Of a stretch of 64,000 nt of DNA, positions 41,368 to 49,894 are shown in pieces. Positions within the stretch are counted from its first letter, which is position 1, and every line of letters begins with the position of its first letter. Source of the stretch: Candidatus Heimdallarchaeum aukensis (GTDB lineage Archaea > Asgardarchaeota > Heimdallarchaeia > Heimdallarchaeales > Heimdallarchaeaceae). The notes under the pieces were generated by a model. It was not told the origin of the DNA, searched no databases, and saw nothing but the letters and a program-made list of their open reading frames with translations. The DNA lies in assembly GCA_021513695.1 (NCBI GenBank), contig CP084166.1:3008001-3072000 (forward strand), given 5' to 3'. The position numbers were made by a program, and so were the translations under genes.

Positions 41368-42681
41368 CTAAATAGATCTTAAAGCAGCAAAAGCATCTCC
41401 CATGAGCTTAAACAGCTTACCTTTCTTTAGGAAGTGCTTAATAGCTGTAGGAACAATTCTTTTTCTAGGCTCTCCAGTGTTGTGTAAAAGTTGATACATC
41501 AAAGAATTAAGCAGTTCTGGATAAACATTGAAAATTCTCTCTCTCTCCAAGAACTTTGCAGCTCGTTTAAATCTCTTCAAATCTTGCAAAACAAAACTAT
41601 CTCGCAATAATTTCAAATAAATCTTTGTTCCTTCTGCAGAATAATCATTTGTTGTTAAAGCTTCTTTTGCTGCTAACCCTGCTAGTCTTCCAGACTCTAA
41701 AGCAAAATTCATACCTTCTATGTACAAACCTGCGTTAAGAACCATACCAGCAGCATCACCAGCAATCATCACACCGTTCCCATATAACTTAGGCATGTGT
41801 TTGTATCCCCCTTCAGGAATAGCGTGAGCAGAGTATTCAACCATTTTAGCATCTTTAAGGAGCTTTTGGATGTAGGGGTGTTTCTTAAAATCTTCAAAAG
41901 CATCAATCGCTCTGATCTTTTTTTGTATAAGTTTTTTCATGTTTAAGATCAATCCAAAAGAAAGTGTTTCTTTATTTGTATAGAAGAATCCTCCTCCTGG
42001 AATTCCATGAGTATAACCTAGAAACTCGTTACTTATTCCTTCATTTCCATTAAGATGAAATCTCTCTTCAATTATTTCTTTCTTTAATTCATATGTTTCT
42101 TTCATTCCTACAGCGTAGTGTGAAGGTGAAGGCTTTTTAGCAAGTTTAGCTTTTTCTGCTAATAAAGTAACAGCTCCTTCAGCAATTATAGTGAGTTTAG
42201 CTTTTAATTCATCTTCTCCAGATTCTATTCCTATAATTTGATTATCCTTCCAAATGAAATCTTCAGCTACAGTGTTGTCGAGAATAAAAGCTCCTGCTTC
42301 TTCTGCTTTTTGGGCCAACCATCTGTCAAATTTTGGACGAATAACAGTTACACCATTGTAAGGTGGTTCGGCAAAATCTTGTAAATCAATATCAATAGTC
42401 ATTGCTCGCTTTTCAGACAAAAGAGTAATCTTTTTAGTTGTTAAATATCTCTCAATAGCATCTTCTTCCCAATAGTTAGGAACGATTTTATTTAGTACTG
42501 GGCCGTAAAGAGCTCCTCCACTTACATTTTTTGCACCAGGATACTGTCCTCTTTCAATAATAGCAACCTCTTTTCCTTCCTTTGCTAAAGTTAATGCTGC
42601 AGAAGAACCAGCTAGTCCAGCTCCAACTATAATTACATCAAAATCGTATTCTACAGTCATAAAAAAATGTTTGATTTTCAA
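41368..42681 (-). CDS. fixC: FAD-dependent oxidoreductase FixC (copy 2)
   Basis: Identical to copy 1. Directly downstream of fixB. Confidence 0.85.
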   Translation of the reverse strand: MKIKHFFMTVEYDFDVIIVGAGLAGSSAALTLAKEGKEVAIIERGQYPGAKNVSGGALYGPVLNKIVPNYWEEDAIERYLTTKKITLLSEKRAMTIDIDLQDFAEPPYNGVTVIRPKFDRWLAQKAEEAGAFILDNTVAEDFIWKDNQIIGIESGEDELKAKLTIIAEGAVTLLAEKAKLAKKPSPSHYAVGMKETYELKKEIIEERFHLNGNEGISNEFLGYTHGIPGGGFFYTNKETLSFGLILNMKKLIQKKIRAIDAFEDFKKHPYIQKLLKDAKMVEYSAHAIPEGGYKHMPKLYGNGVMIAGDAAGMVLNAGLYIEGMNFALESGRLAGLAAKEALTTNDYSAEGTKIYLKLLRDSFVLQDLKRFKRAAKFLERERIFNVYPELLNSLMYQLLHNTGEPRKRIVPTAIKHFLKKGKLFKLMGDAFAALRSI

Positions 42682-42733
42682 TATAAAATGTTTATGTGAA
42701 AATATAAAAAAGAAAATAGAAAAGAATGAAAAA

Positions 42734-43708
42734 TTATTTTATCTTTTCTTTTAAAATAGGAAGAATTTGATGAAGATCTCCAACTATTCCATAATCACAA
42801 TATTTGAATATAGAAGCTCTTTCGTCAGTGTTTATTGCTATCAAGGTCTTGGCTTTAACTCCACAGATATGTTGAGGTGCACCACTAATTCCTGCGGCAA
42901 TATACAAATCAGGGGAAACTGACTGACCAGTTTGGCCTATTTCATAAGTTTCTTCTATCCAATGTAGATCTGTGCAGGCTCTTGTTGCACCCATTTCTCC
43001 TCCAAGCAAGTCAGCTAGTTCTTTAATAATAGCGAATTTGTCTTTTCCACCTACACCCCTTCCTCCAGCAACAATTATCTTTGCATCTTTAAGATTAACT
43101 GTCTTCTTCGCTTTAAGAATCTCTACACTTTTAACAATTCTATCTTTTTCATCGAATGAAACAGTTAATTTTTCTATTTCTGGTTCTTGTCCTTCTGGAT
43201 TCTCATCTATAAAGAAAGCTCCTGCACGAGTTGTGATGAATATTTTTTCTCCTTTAGATTTCATTTTTACCATAGCTTGGTCGTCTCTAACTGGAGTAAT
43301 AGCTATAAGATCATCACCCTCTAAAATCAAGTCAGTTACTCTTTCAAGACAAGTAGTGTTATAATGAACAGCTAATCTGGGAATGAGGTCTTCTACATTA
43401 ACTAGTCCTCCACCAATAACTACTTTAGGGTCAGCAGTTTTGATAATCTCTAACATAGCTTTTACATAAGCTCGAGAAAGGTAAGTGCTCAATTCAGGAG
43501 CTTCTACTACAAAGACTTTTTTAGCTCCGTGCTTACCTAAAGTGGAAATCCATTCATCTTTAGCTTGTTCACAGAGGAGAGCAGCAGAAACATCTCCTAA
43601 ACTAGTAAAGTTTTTGACTTTATTTAGAACTCCTAAAACGTTTTCTTCTATTTCTCCATCTCTGATTAAAGCAAAAACAAGTATTCCAGTCATTTTATGC
43701 ACCCCCAA
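42734..43708 (-). CDS. fixB: Electron transfer flavoprotein alpha subunit (FixB/EtfA)
   Basis: ETF alpha FAD-binding C-terminal domain motifs (IIVAGGRGV, YIAAGISGAPQH). Confidence 0.85.
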   Translation of the reverse strand: MGVHKMTGILVFALIRDGEIEENVLGVLNKVKNFTSLGDVSAALLCEQAKDEWISTLGKHGAKKVFVVEAPELSTYLSRAYVKAMLEIIKTADPKVVIGGGLVNVEDLIPRLAVHYNTTCLERVTDLILEGDDLIAITPVRDDQAMVKMKSKGEKIFITTRAGAFFIDENPEGQEPEIEKLTVSFDEKDRIVKSVEILKAKKTVNLKDAKIIVAGGRGVGGKDKFAIIKELADLLGGEMGATRACTDLHWIEETYEIGQTGQSVSPDLYIAAGISGAPQHICGVKAKTLIAINTDERASIFKYCDYGIVGDLHQILPILKEKIK

Positions 43709-44510
43709 GTTTAATACCGTCTTCTTTCATCTTCTCAAGAAGCTTGTCAACCATTTCCTCAGGTTCGCCTTCTGAAATAATGAAGCTTTCTTTCTCAATG
43801 ACAATATTCTCCAATGAAAGAACCTCTAGATCAGAGATGTCTTGTCCTACATCATTAGCAGAAAGACCTAAATCTTCAAGTGTCCATGCAGGTATTTGAG
43901 CTCTTTTCGACATCATAATTCCACGCATTGAGGTATAACGAGGAATAAAATACTCAGAGTCAGAAATACTGAACAAAGACTTACCTAAAGGAACTTGAAC
44001 AATCTCTTTTCCTCCTTCTAGCACTCTAGAAACAATAAAGGCATCATCCTTCTTTTCAAGTTTTTCAACATAAAGAACAGAAGGAATATCTAAAAGCTCT
44101 GCAAGTATAGGCGCTTCAGCGTAGGATGAAGTAGGCATTACTTGTCCACCAATCATAACTAAATCATACTCTCCAATTTTCTCAAGAACTTTATGGTAAA
44201 CTTTAGCCATAATAAGAGGGTCATGACTAAAAATGTCTTTAGAATTGACAACAATTCCAGAGTTACAACCCATGGCTATTGCTTCTCTAACTGCTTTCTC
44301 AGGCTTCAAATCTCCAACACAAACAGCAGTTACAGTTGCTCCTTCACTGTCTTTGAATTTTAAAGCTCCTTCAATGGCGTTCTTGTCAATAGGGTTGATT
44401 ATAAGATCATCAGCATTAATTTTTGATTCATCAAAATAGTCTATTCCCTCAAGATTGACCTGAGGATCAAGAATCTGACGTATAAACACAACGATATTCA
44501 TATTAATCAA
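43695..44510 (-). CDS. fixA: Electron transfer flavoprotein beta subunit (FixA/EtfB)
   Basis: ETF beta fold; overlaps fixB by 14 nt. Confidence 0.85.
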   Translation of the reverse strand: MINMNIVVFIRQILDPQVNLEGIDYFDESKINADDLIINPIDKNAIEGALKFKDSEGATVTAVCVGDLKPEKAVREAIAMGCNSGIVVNSKDIFSHDPLIMAKVYHKVLEKIGEYDLVMIGGQVMPTSSYAEAPILAELLDIPSVLYVEKLEKKDDAFIVSRVLEGGKEIVQVPLGKSLFSISDSEYFIPRYTSMRGIMMSKRAQIPAWTLEDLGLSANDVGQDISDLEVLSLENIVIEKESFIISEGEPEEMVDKLLEKMKEDGIKLGGA

Positions 44511-44737
44511 AAAATGAACAAATAAGAATTACAAAAATCTTTCTCTCCGTTAATTTCAGCAAAAGTGAAAAAAGTACCTTTATAAGCTGAAAAATCTTTT
44601 AAAACTAATAGAATAGAAGAGACAATAAATTTTCATTGTTTAAATTACAATTTTTTATAGCATTCTTTCTTTATTGTTCTTTGTTAAATATATTTAGTAA
44701 ATCTTTTTAAATTGAAAGAATAGTTCTCTTAGATTTT

Positions 44738-45793
44738 ATGAATATCGACAGAAATGAAATTATAAAGATGCAAGAAAAGCTAAGCAATCTTATTGGTTGC
44801 CCAGGGCATGAAGAAGAAGTTGCAGAATTCATATTATCACAATTAAATGATTGTGTAGATCGAGCTTGGATTGACCCTCTTGGTAACGTATTAGCTATTA
44901 AAAAAGGAACAGTAGAAAATGGTATGAAAATTCTTTTAGATGCTCACATGGATGAAGTAGGATTTATGATTTCGCACATTGAAGAAAAAGGTTTTCTAAG
45001 AATTGCTCCACTTGGTGGAATAGATAAAAGAGTTATGCTTGGCTCTTTACTTCAATTTCAGACAGATAACAATGAAAAAATAGTTGGGATAGTTGGCTCT
45101 CATCCTCCTCATATAACAAAAAGTGAAGAAAGAGAAAGAGTTCCTGAAATATCAGAAATGTTTGTTGACATTGGTTACCAATCGCGAGAAGAAGTACTAG
45201 CAAAAGGATTACATGTAGGAAGTGTTGGAACTTTCTATACCAAATTTGAACAATTAGATGATGAAACTGTAATAGGTAAAGCATTTGATGATAGAACAGC
45301 TTGTAATGTCTTGTTACAAGTTTTAAAAGCTCTTAAAGATGTCGAGCATCCCCATACAATTTTAGCAGTATTTGCAGTGCAAGAAGAAGTAGGAGGAAGA
45401 GGAGCGACAGTAGGAGCTTTTGAACTTCAACCTACAATGGCTTTAGCTTTAGAAAATACTATCGCAAGTGACGTGGTAGGAGTCCCCACTAACAAAGTAG
45501 TTACAAGTATTGGAAAGGGACCAGCAGTAACTGCTGCTGATAGATCACTAATAACACCAAAAAAAGTCCTAAATCGTATTAAACAAGCCGCAGAAAAAGA
45601 TGACATTAAAACACAGTATAAAATGCCCATTTTTGGAGGATCAGATGGAGGAAGAATAGCTATCACTCGATCTGGAGTACCAACAGGTGTGGTTAGTGTT
45701 CCCTGTCGATATATTCACGGGCCTGTAGCTATGTTAAAAATAAAAGATATAGAAGAAACTATAAAACTAGTTTACAACTTTTGCACAATTTAA
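44738..45793 (+). CDS. M42-family aminopeptidase (TET/FrvX-like)
   Basis: LLDAHMDEVGFMI, plus the conserved DDR and EEVG motifs. Confidence 0.85.
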   Translation: MNIDRNEIIKMQEKLSNLIGCPGHEEEVAEFILSQLNDCVDRAWIDPLGNVLAIKKGTVENGMKILLDAHMDEVGFMISHIEEKGFLRIAPLGGIDKRVMLGSLLQFQTDNNEKIVGIVGSHPPHITKSEERERVPEISEMFVDIGYQSREEVLAKGLHVGSVGTFYTKFEQLDDETVIGKAFDDRTACNVLLQVLKALKDVEHPHTILAVFAVQEEVGGRGATVGAFELQPTMALALENTIASDVVGVPTNKVVTSIGKGPAVTAADRSLITPKKVLNRIKQAAEKDDIKTQYKMPIFGGSDGGRIAITRSGVPTGVVSVPCRYIHGPVAMLKIKDIEETIKLVYNFCTI

Positions 45794-45825
45794 AGAAAAA
45801 GTAAAAATTTCTTTTTCTTTTTTTC

Positions 45826-46392
45826 TTATTTATACAATTCTAAATATTCATCAAACAGGATATCCATTAGAATTATGTCATAGTATTTGCCTTCATGAAA
45901 GCGAGCCTTTCTTCTTCTACCAATGTGTTTGAAACCTAATTTCTCATAAACGTGGACAGCTCGTTTATTAAACTCAAAAACCTCGAGTTCTATTCTGTTT
46001 AAGTTGAGAATAAGAAAACCAAATTTCAAAATACATTTTGTAGCATCAGAGCCATATCCTTTGTTATGATTAGCAGGATTGTGAATAGCTATTCCAAAAA
46101 CACAAGTCCTATTTATCCAGTCAATATTCATTAAAGAAACGCTACCAAGAAATTCATTTTTTTCCTTCTCGACAATAGCAAATGTGAAGGATGAACGACG
46201 ATTAGCATCACGATAAAGGCTTTGAATCCATTCTTCTTCTTGTGTTGAACTGTGTGGAATAGGATGACCAAGGTATTGCCTAGTTTCATAAGTATTCCAA
46301 TATTTCATTATGTCTTTAAGATCTGATTTTTCAACAGGTCGAAGTATAACTTTTTCACCTATGAATGGTGAACCAAAGTCTTTTGATGTCAT
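45826..46392 (-). CDS. GNAT-family N-acetyltransferase (RimJ/RimL-like)
   Basis: Acetyl-CoA binding motif region (GYGSDA) and a RimL-like N-terminal region. Confidence 0.8.
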   Translation of the reverse strand: MTSKDFGSPFIGEKVILRPVEKSDLKDIMKYWNTYETRQYLGHPIPHSSTQEEEWIQSLYRDANRRSSFTFAIVEKEKNEFLGSVSLMNIDWINRTCVFGIAIHNPANHNKGYGSDATKCILKFGFLILNLNRIELEVFEFNKRAVHVYEKLGFKHIGRRRKARFHEGKYYDIILMDILFDEYLELYK

Positions 46393-46529
46393 AATAGTCT
46401 GAAATTCTTCAAAGTTTAAAAATTTGTCTAATCAAACCTTATTTATAAACAATTACAGTTTAAAAAAAGAAAAAAAGAAAAAAAGTTATTTGATATGAGC
46501 TGGTCTATATCCAGCATGTGCAAGAATAC

Positions 46530-46880
46530 TTGTTGCTTTACCTATGATTTACTTTTTTACATAAAGTTTTTCGCACTCTGTCTTGCAAGAGAAAAAACTA
46601 AAGGAAGTTTAATCTCTTGAACTCAACCAAGCCATACAATGCCGTGAAGGGGTTGAGACAGACATCATACACGAATCGTGGGAATCATAAAGAAGAAAAG
46701 AGTTGTAAGTTCTTTTCTTCACTCCACGAGAGACAAAAAAGAAAGAATTACCCACTAAAAGAGAGAAGTAATTACTTTCCTTTTTGTCTACTGGGACTGC
46801 AACCAATGGCTGAGCCCTAGACAAACAGTGAAATGAGTGAGACTGTATTTCTGACCAGTGAGGTAATCGGTGATAGTATT
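46530..46880 (-). ncRNA. Putative omega-RNA (reRNA) of the TnpB element, overlapping the tnpB 3' end and extending downstream
   Basis: A conspicuously GC-rich, stop-codon-poor segment sits immediately 3' of tnpB on the minus strand. It explains the symmetric spurious ORFs on both strands at 46609-46824. Confidence 0.4.
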
Positions 46881-48245
46881 TCCTCGAGGACGGAAAAGTT
46901 CCCCAAGGAACTTACGCGCGATATTCATTGCTCCAGTGAGGTCAGAGTGGAAAGTGTAATTGCAAGAGGGACAATGGACTAAACCTCTAACGGGACGGAT
47001 AACTTTCCTTCCGCAACGAGTACAGTGAGAGGATGTTCCTTTTTCCTCTATCGTTAATATTCGGTGAGGTTCAAAACCTCTTAATATCAATGCTCGATGA
47101 AGAAGAGCAAGAACAAGAGAAAAGTTCCACTGATGAAGTTTTCTACGAAACTTACGAGTAATTTTTCTCTTTCCTTTCTCCTCTCGAATGTGTTTAGGAT
47201 AACCTACAACGACGAAAAGGTCATACCTTTGTGCATAAGTTTCTATCGTCTGCACGACATTGTTTATAAATTGGTGAATATAGACGCGTTTAACGTTTTT
47301 ATATCTTCTTCGGAGAAGGCCGAGAAAACGGTAAATTTGGTGTTTTTTACCAGATTGGTCGTTTAAAGCCGCTTTCCTCTGAAGACGGGAAAGTTTGAGT
47401 TTATATCGATGATTAACTCTATTCCACTGTTTGGTATACCAGAATTTTATCTCTTTGTTTGTTAATTTCTTTTTAGGGGTTAGAAGCACTCCTGCAGCAG
47501 GAATGTTTATACCTAGATCTATTCCCAGCACAGCTGGGGGAAGAGAAGAAGAATTCTCTTTTTCAGGAGAATAAAAAGAAGGAGGAGGAAGAACTTTTAG
47601 TTGGAAATACACCCACCACTCACGTGTAGAACGTTTATATCTTAGTTCTAAACTTTTCACTCTCCCTTTCTTTAACTCTTTCTGGTGGAAAGTGCTCATC
47701 TCTAAAGGTAACCATAGTTTCTGATGATAAGGTGTGTTTCTTCTCCACGTATCTAACGAGTCTCTTATCCCCACCCACCAACGAGTAAGTGTATTATTCT
47801 TCTCTTTTGGCAGATGCACGAGAACAAACCTCTTTGCATTAATTAGTTGTCTTCTTGCTCTCTTTATTGGAAGACGAGTAGGACTGGGTCTATACCCTTG
47901 CTCGTATAGTTGCACAGCTATATCTCTACATTCTTGGAATTCATTGTGAGAACAATAAGGGAACATTTTCTTGAAATCGTGAAGAACAGTCTCTCTCCTC
48001 TCTTCTACTCTCTTTAATCTTGATGTCGTTAGCGTCAGTTCATCTAGTTTTCCTCTGTGAACTCTTATTTTCCCATTTTTAGTTTTAGTACATATTTTTC
48101 TTCTGTTGTGATGTATAATTCTCACATACTTTTCTATTATCCTTGTGTCTCTCCCCGTTATTTTCCTTAACTTTTCCTTTTTTCTCGTCGTCAATACCTC
48201 ATTCTTTATCCTCACTTTCAAGGTTTTGACGACGTCCTCCACCAT
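46788..48245 (-). CDS. tnpB: TnpB-like RNA-guided endonuclease (IS200/IS605 OrfB family)
   Basis: RuvC-I GIDLGINIP, zinc finger CTRCG...CPSC, RuvC-III DLTGAMNIARK at the C-terminus. GC content is clearly higher than in flanking genes. No adjacent tnpA. Confidence 0.85.
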   Translation of the reverse strand: MVEDVVKTLKVRIKNEVLTTRKKEKLRKITGRDTRIIEKYVRIIHHNRRKICTKTKNGKIRVHRGKLDELTLTTSRLKRVEERRETVLHDFKKMFPYCSHNEFQECRDIAVQLYEQGYRPSPTRLPIKRARRQLINAKRFVLVHLPKEKNNTLTRWWVGIRDSLDTWRRNTPYHQKLWLPLEMSTFHQKELKKGRVKSLELRYKRSTREWWVYFQLKVLPPPSFYSPEKENSSSLPPAVLGIDLGINIPAAGVLLTPKKKLTNKEIKFWYTKQWNRVNHRYKLKLSRLQRKAALNDQSGKKHQIYRFLGLLRRRYKNVKRVYIHQFINNVVQTIETYAQRYDLFVVVGYPKHIREEKGKRKITRKFRRKLHQWNFSLVLALLHRALILRGFEPHRILTIEEKGTSSHCTRCGRKVIRPVRGLVHCPSCNYTFHSDLTGAMNIARKFLGELFRPRGNTITDYLTGQKYSLTHFTVCLGLSHWLQSQ

Positions 48246-48375
48246 TTTTTTCCTTCCTTCTTTTCTTTTTCTGTTTATTTTTTCTATTTTTTTTCTTCTT
48301 CTCTTTTTATTTTACTTTTTTTTCCTATAAAAACCCCTCTCCTTCCTCTCCTCTCTTCTCTTTCTTCCTCACTTT
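48246..48375 (+). repeat. ~130-nt polypyrimidine (C/T) tract on the plus strand, immediately upstream of the tnpB start
   Basis: The run tttttttccttccttcttttctttttctg...cctctccttcctctcctctcttctctttcttcctc is a near-pure pyrimidine strand. Confidence 0.7.
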
Positions 48376-48565
48376 GCTGTCAACAACTGTAAATTACGTA
48401 AAAAATAGACGCATGTGAATCGTCAATACTTAGTTTATATATTATTTAAATATTATTCCTCTTAAACTGCCATTATCCAGTAAAATATTTATATATTTTT
48501 GAGAAAAACATATTTTCTTAAAATTATATTTTTTGAATAAGGAAAAAGATAGTCCAAGACCAAAT

Positions 48566-49072
48566 TTAAGTAGATTCGTTTTTATCTTTTTCAAAATTAC
48601 TTATTATTTTTTCCAAAACTTGTTCTATCTCTGTTTTGGATTTAAGAGAAAGGAAATAATATTCAATATTGAATTTGTTTGCTATACTTGCCACTTCTTC
48701 TTCACTTATTTCATGATATGCTTCTAAGTCTTTTTTAGACCCAATAAAAATGATGTTAGGTATGAATTTCAAAGCTTCTGCTACTTCTTTTATCCACTTA
48801 TGAACATCTATAAACGAGCTCCTTCTAGTGAGATCAAAGACAACAAAAATCACATTACTGCCAACATAATATGACTTCCTTATTTCAGTAAATCTTTGTT
48901 GAGCTGGTAGGTCCCAAAGAGTTAAATTGTACTTTTCTCCTTTAATTTCGATAGAATAAGTAGCAATATTTTGGCCATATTCTTCTTTTCTTACTTCTGT
49001 GGTTAGCGTTCTTAGTAACTCTGTTTTACCTACTCCTGCCTCACCGACGATACAAATCTTTAGATTATGCAT
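48566..49072 (-). CDS. Ras/Rab-like small GTPase
   Basis: G1 GEAGVGKT, G3 WDLPAQ (DxxGQ-like), G4 GSKKD (NKxD-like), G5 LSLKS. 168 aa, a typical small GTPase size. Confidence 0.8.
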   Translation of the reverse strand: MHNLKICIVGEAGVGKTELLRTLTTEVRKEEYGQNIATYSIEIKGEKYNLTLWDLPAQQRFTEIRKSYYVGSNVIFVVFDLTRRSSFIDVHKWIKEVAEALKFIPNIIFIGSKKDLEAYHEISEEEVASIANKFNIEYYFLSLKSKTEIEQVLEKIISNFEKDKNEST

Positions 49073-49153
49073 TAATAGATACTTCTTTTTACTACAAAAA
49101 AAAGCTTTTGTATGAATTTTTGTTTTGTTAATTTATCACGTATTTGTTGTTTT

Positions 49154-49792
49154 TTACTTTCTTATTCCTTCAAATAGGATTGTAAGTATTTCTTTTATGT
49201 TTTCTTCAATTTCATTACTCTCAATTTTAAATCCTTCTTCTAAATAACCTGTCGCTCCTAAAGCTGGTCTAGAAGAAGATATGAAAAGAAAAGCTAGAGT
49301 TTTAGCTCTTACATCTTTTCTTATTTTTCCTTTTTCTTGACATTTTCTAAAAAACTCTGTAAGTTTCTCTAGGGCAATTGTAGATTGGGCAAGTTCTTCG
49401 AATATAGGTCTTAATTCAGGATTGTGAAATTCTTTATACAATATAAGTAAAATTTTCCTAAATTTCAAGGCAAAATTCCAAAATTCAAGACTAACTCTAT
49501 ATAGAGTTTCATAGGGATTTTCTGATAATTCATCAATTTTTTCTCCAAATTGTTTCCACATCTTGTTGGATAGTTCTATTCCTCTTTTAATTATGGTTTC
49601 AAAAATCTCTGTTTTATTTCTAAAATATTTGTAAACTAAAGCTTCTGAAACTCCTTCTTCTTCTGCTATATCTTTCATAGTTGTGTAGGCTACTCCTTTT
49701 TTAGAAAATAGTTCTATAGCTGTACGTAGAATTCTCTCTTTTCTTTCTTCTTTCTTAAGCCATTTATGCTCTTCTTTTTTGTTTTCACGCAT
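49154..49792 (-). CDS. TetR/AcrR-family transcriptional regulator
   Basis: N-terminal HTH (RILRTAIELFSKKGVAYTTMKDIAEEEGVSEALVYKYF). Divergent from the ABC transporter genes. Confidence 0.85.
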   Translation of the reverse strand: MRENKKEEHKWLKKEERKERILRTAIELFSKKGVAYTTMKDIAEEEGVSEALVYKYFRNKTEIFETIIKRGIELSNKMWKQFGEKIDELSENPYETLYRVSLEFWNFALKFRKILLILYKEFHNPELRPIFEELAQSTIALEKLTEFFRKCQEKGKIRKDVRAKTLAFLFISSSRPALGATGYLEEGFKIESNEIEENIKEILTILFEGIRK

Positions 49793-49894
49793 TTGATCAC
49801 AAAAGTGAGTATTTACTAACTTTTATATATTCTTTAATGAATATAAATTTAACTATAAATGAAATACAATTTTTGAATCAATAAAAGAGGAATA

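Larger units (their letters stand above)
37889..42747. repeat. Tandem direct duplication, copy 2 (~4859 bp)
   Basis: Offset of +4855 (+1 after the indel) relative to copy 1. The junction shows short tttttaaag microhomology. Confidence 0.9.
46490..48400 (-). mobile_element. Solitary TnpB-only IS200/605-family (IS1341-like) element. Boundaries are approximate
   Basis: Covers tnpB, the GC-rich 3' RNA region, and a possible terminal hairpin (gctgg...ccagc near 46494-46515). Its compositional contrast with the surroundings supports an inserted element. Confidence 0.45.

Noticed and set aside
46609-46824. Overlapping 71-aa and 67-aa ORFs on opposite strands
   Set aside because: Both lie in the GC-rich region 3' of tnpB. 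Symmetric open frames on both strands are more consistent with a structured omega-RNA than with coding.
48145-48727. Two Phe/Leu-rich small ORFs (48145-48330 and 48533-48727)
   Set aside because: They are translations of the polypyrimidine tract and the AT-rich spacer, have no coding signal, and overlap the tnpB and GTPase ends.
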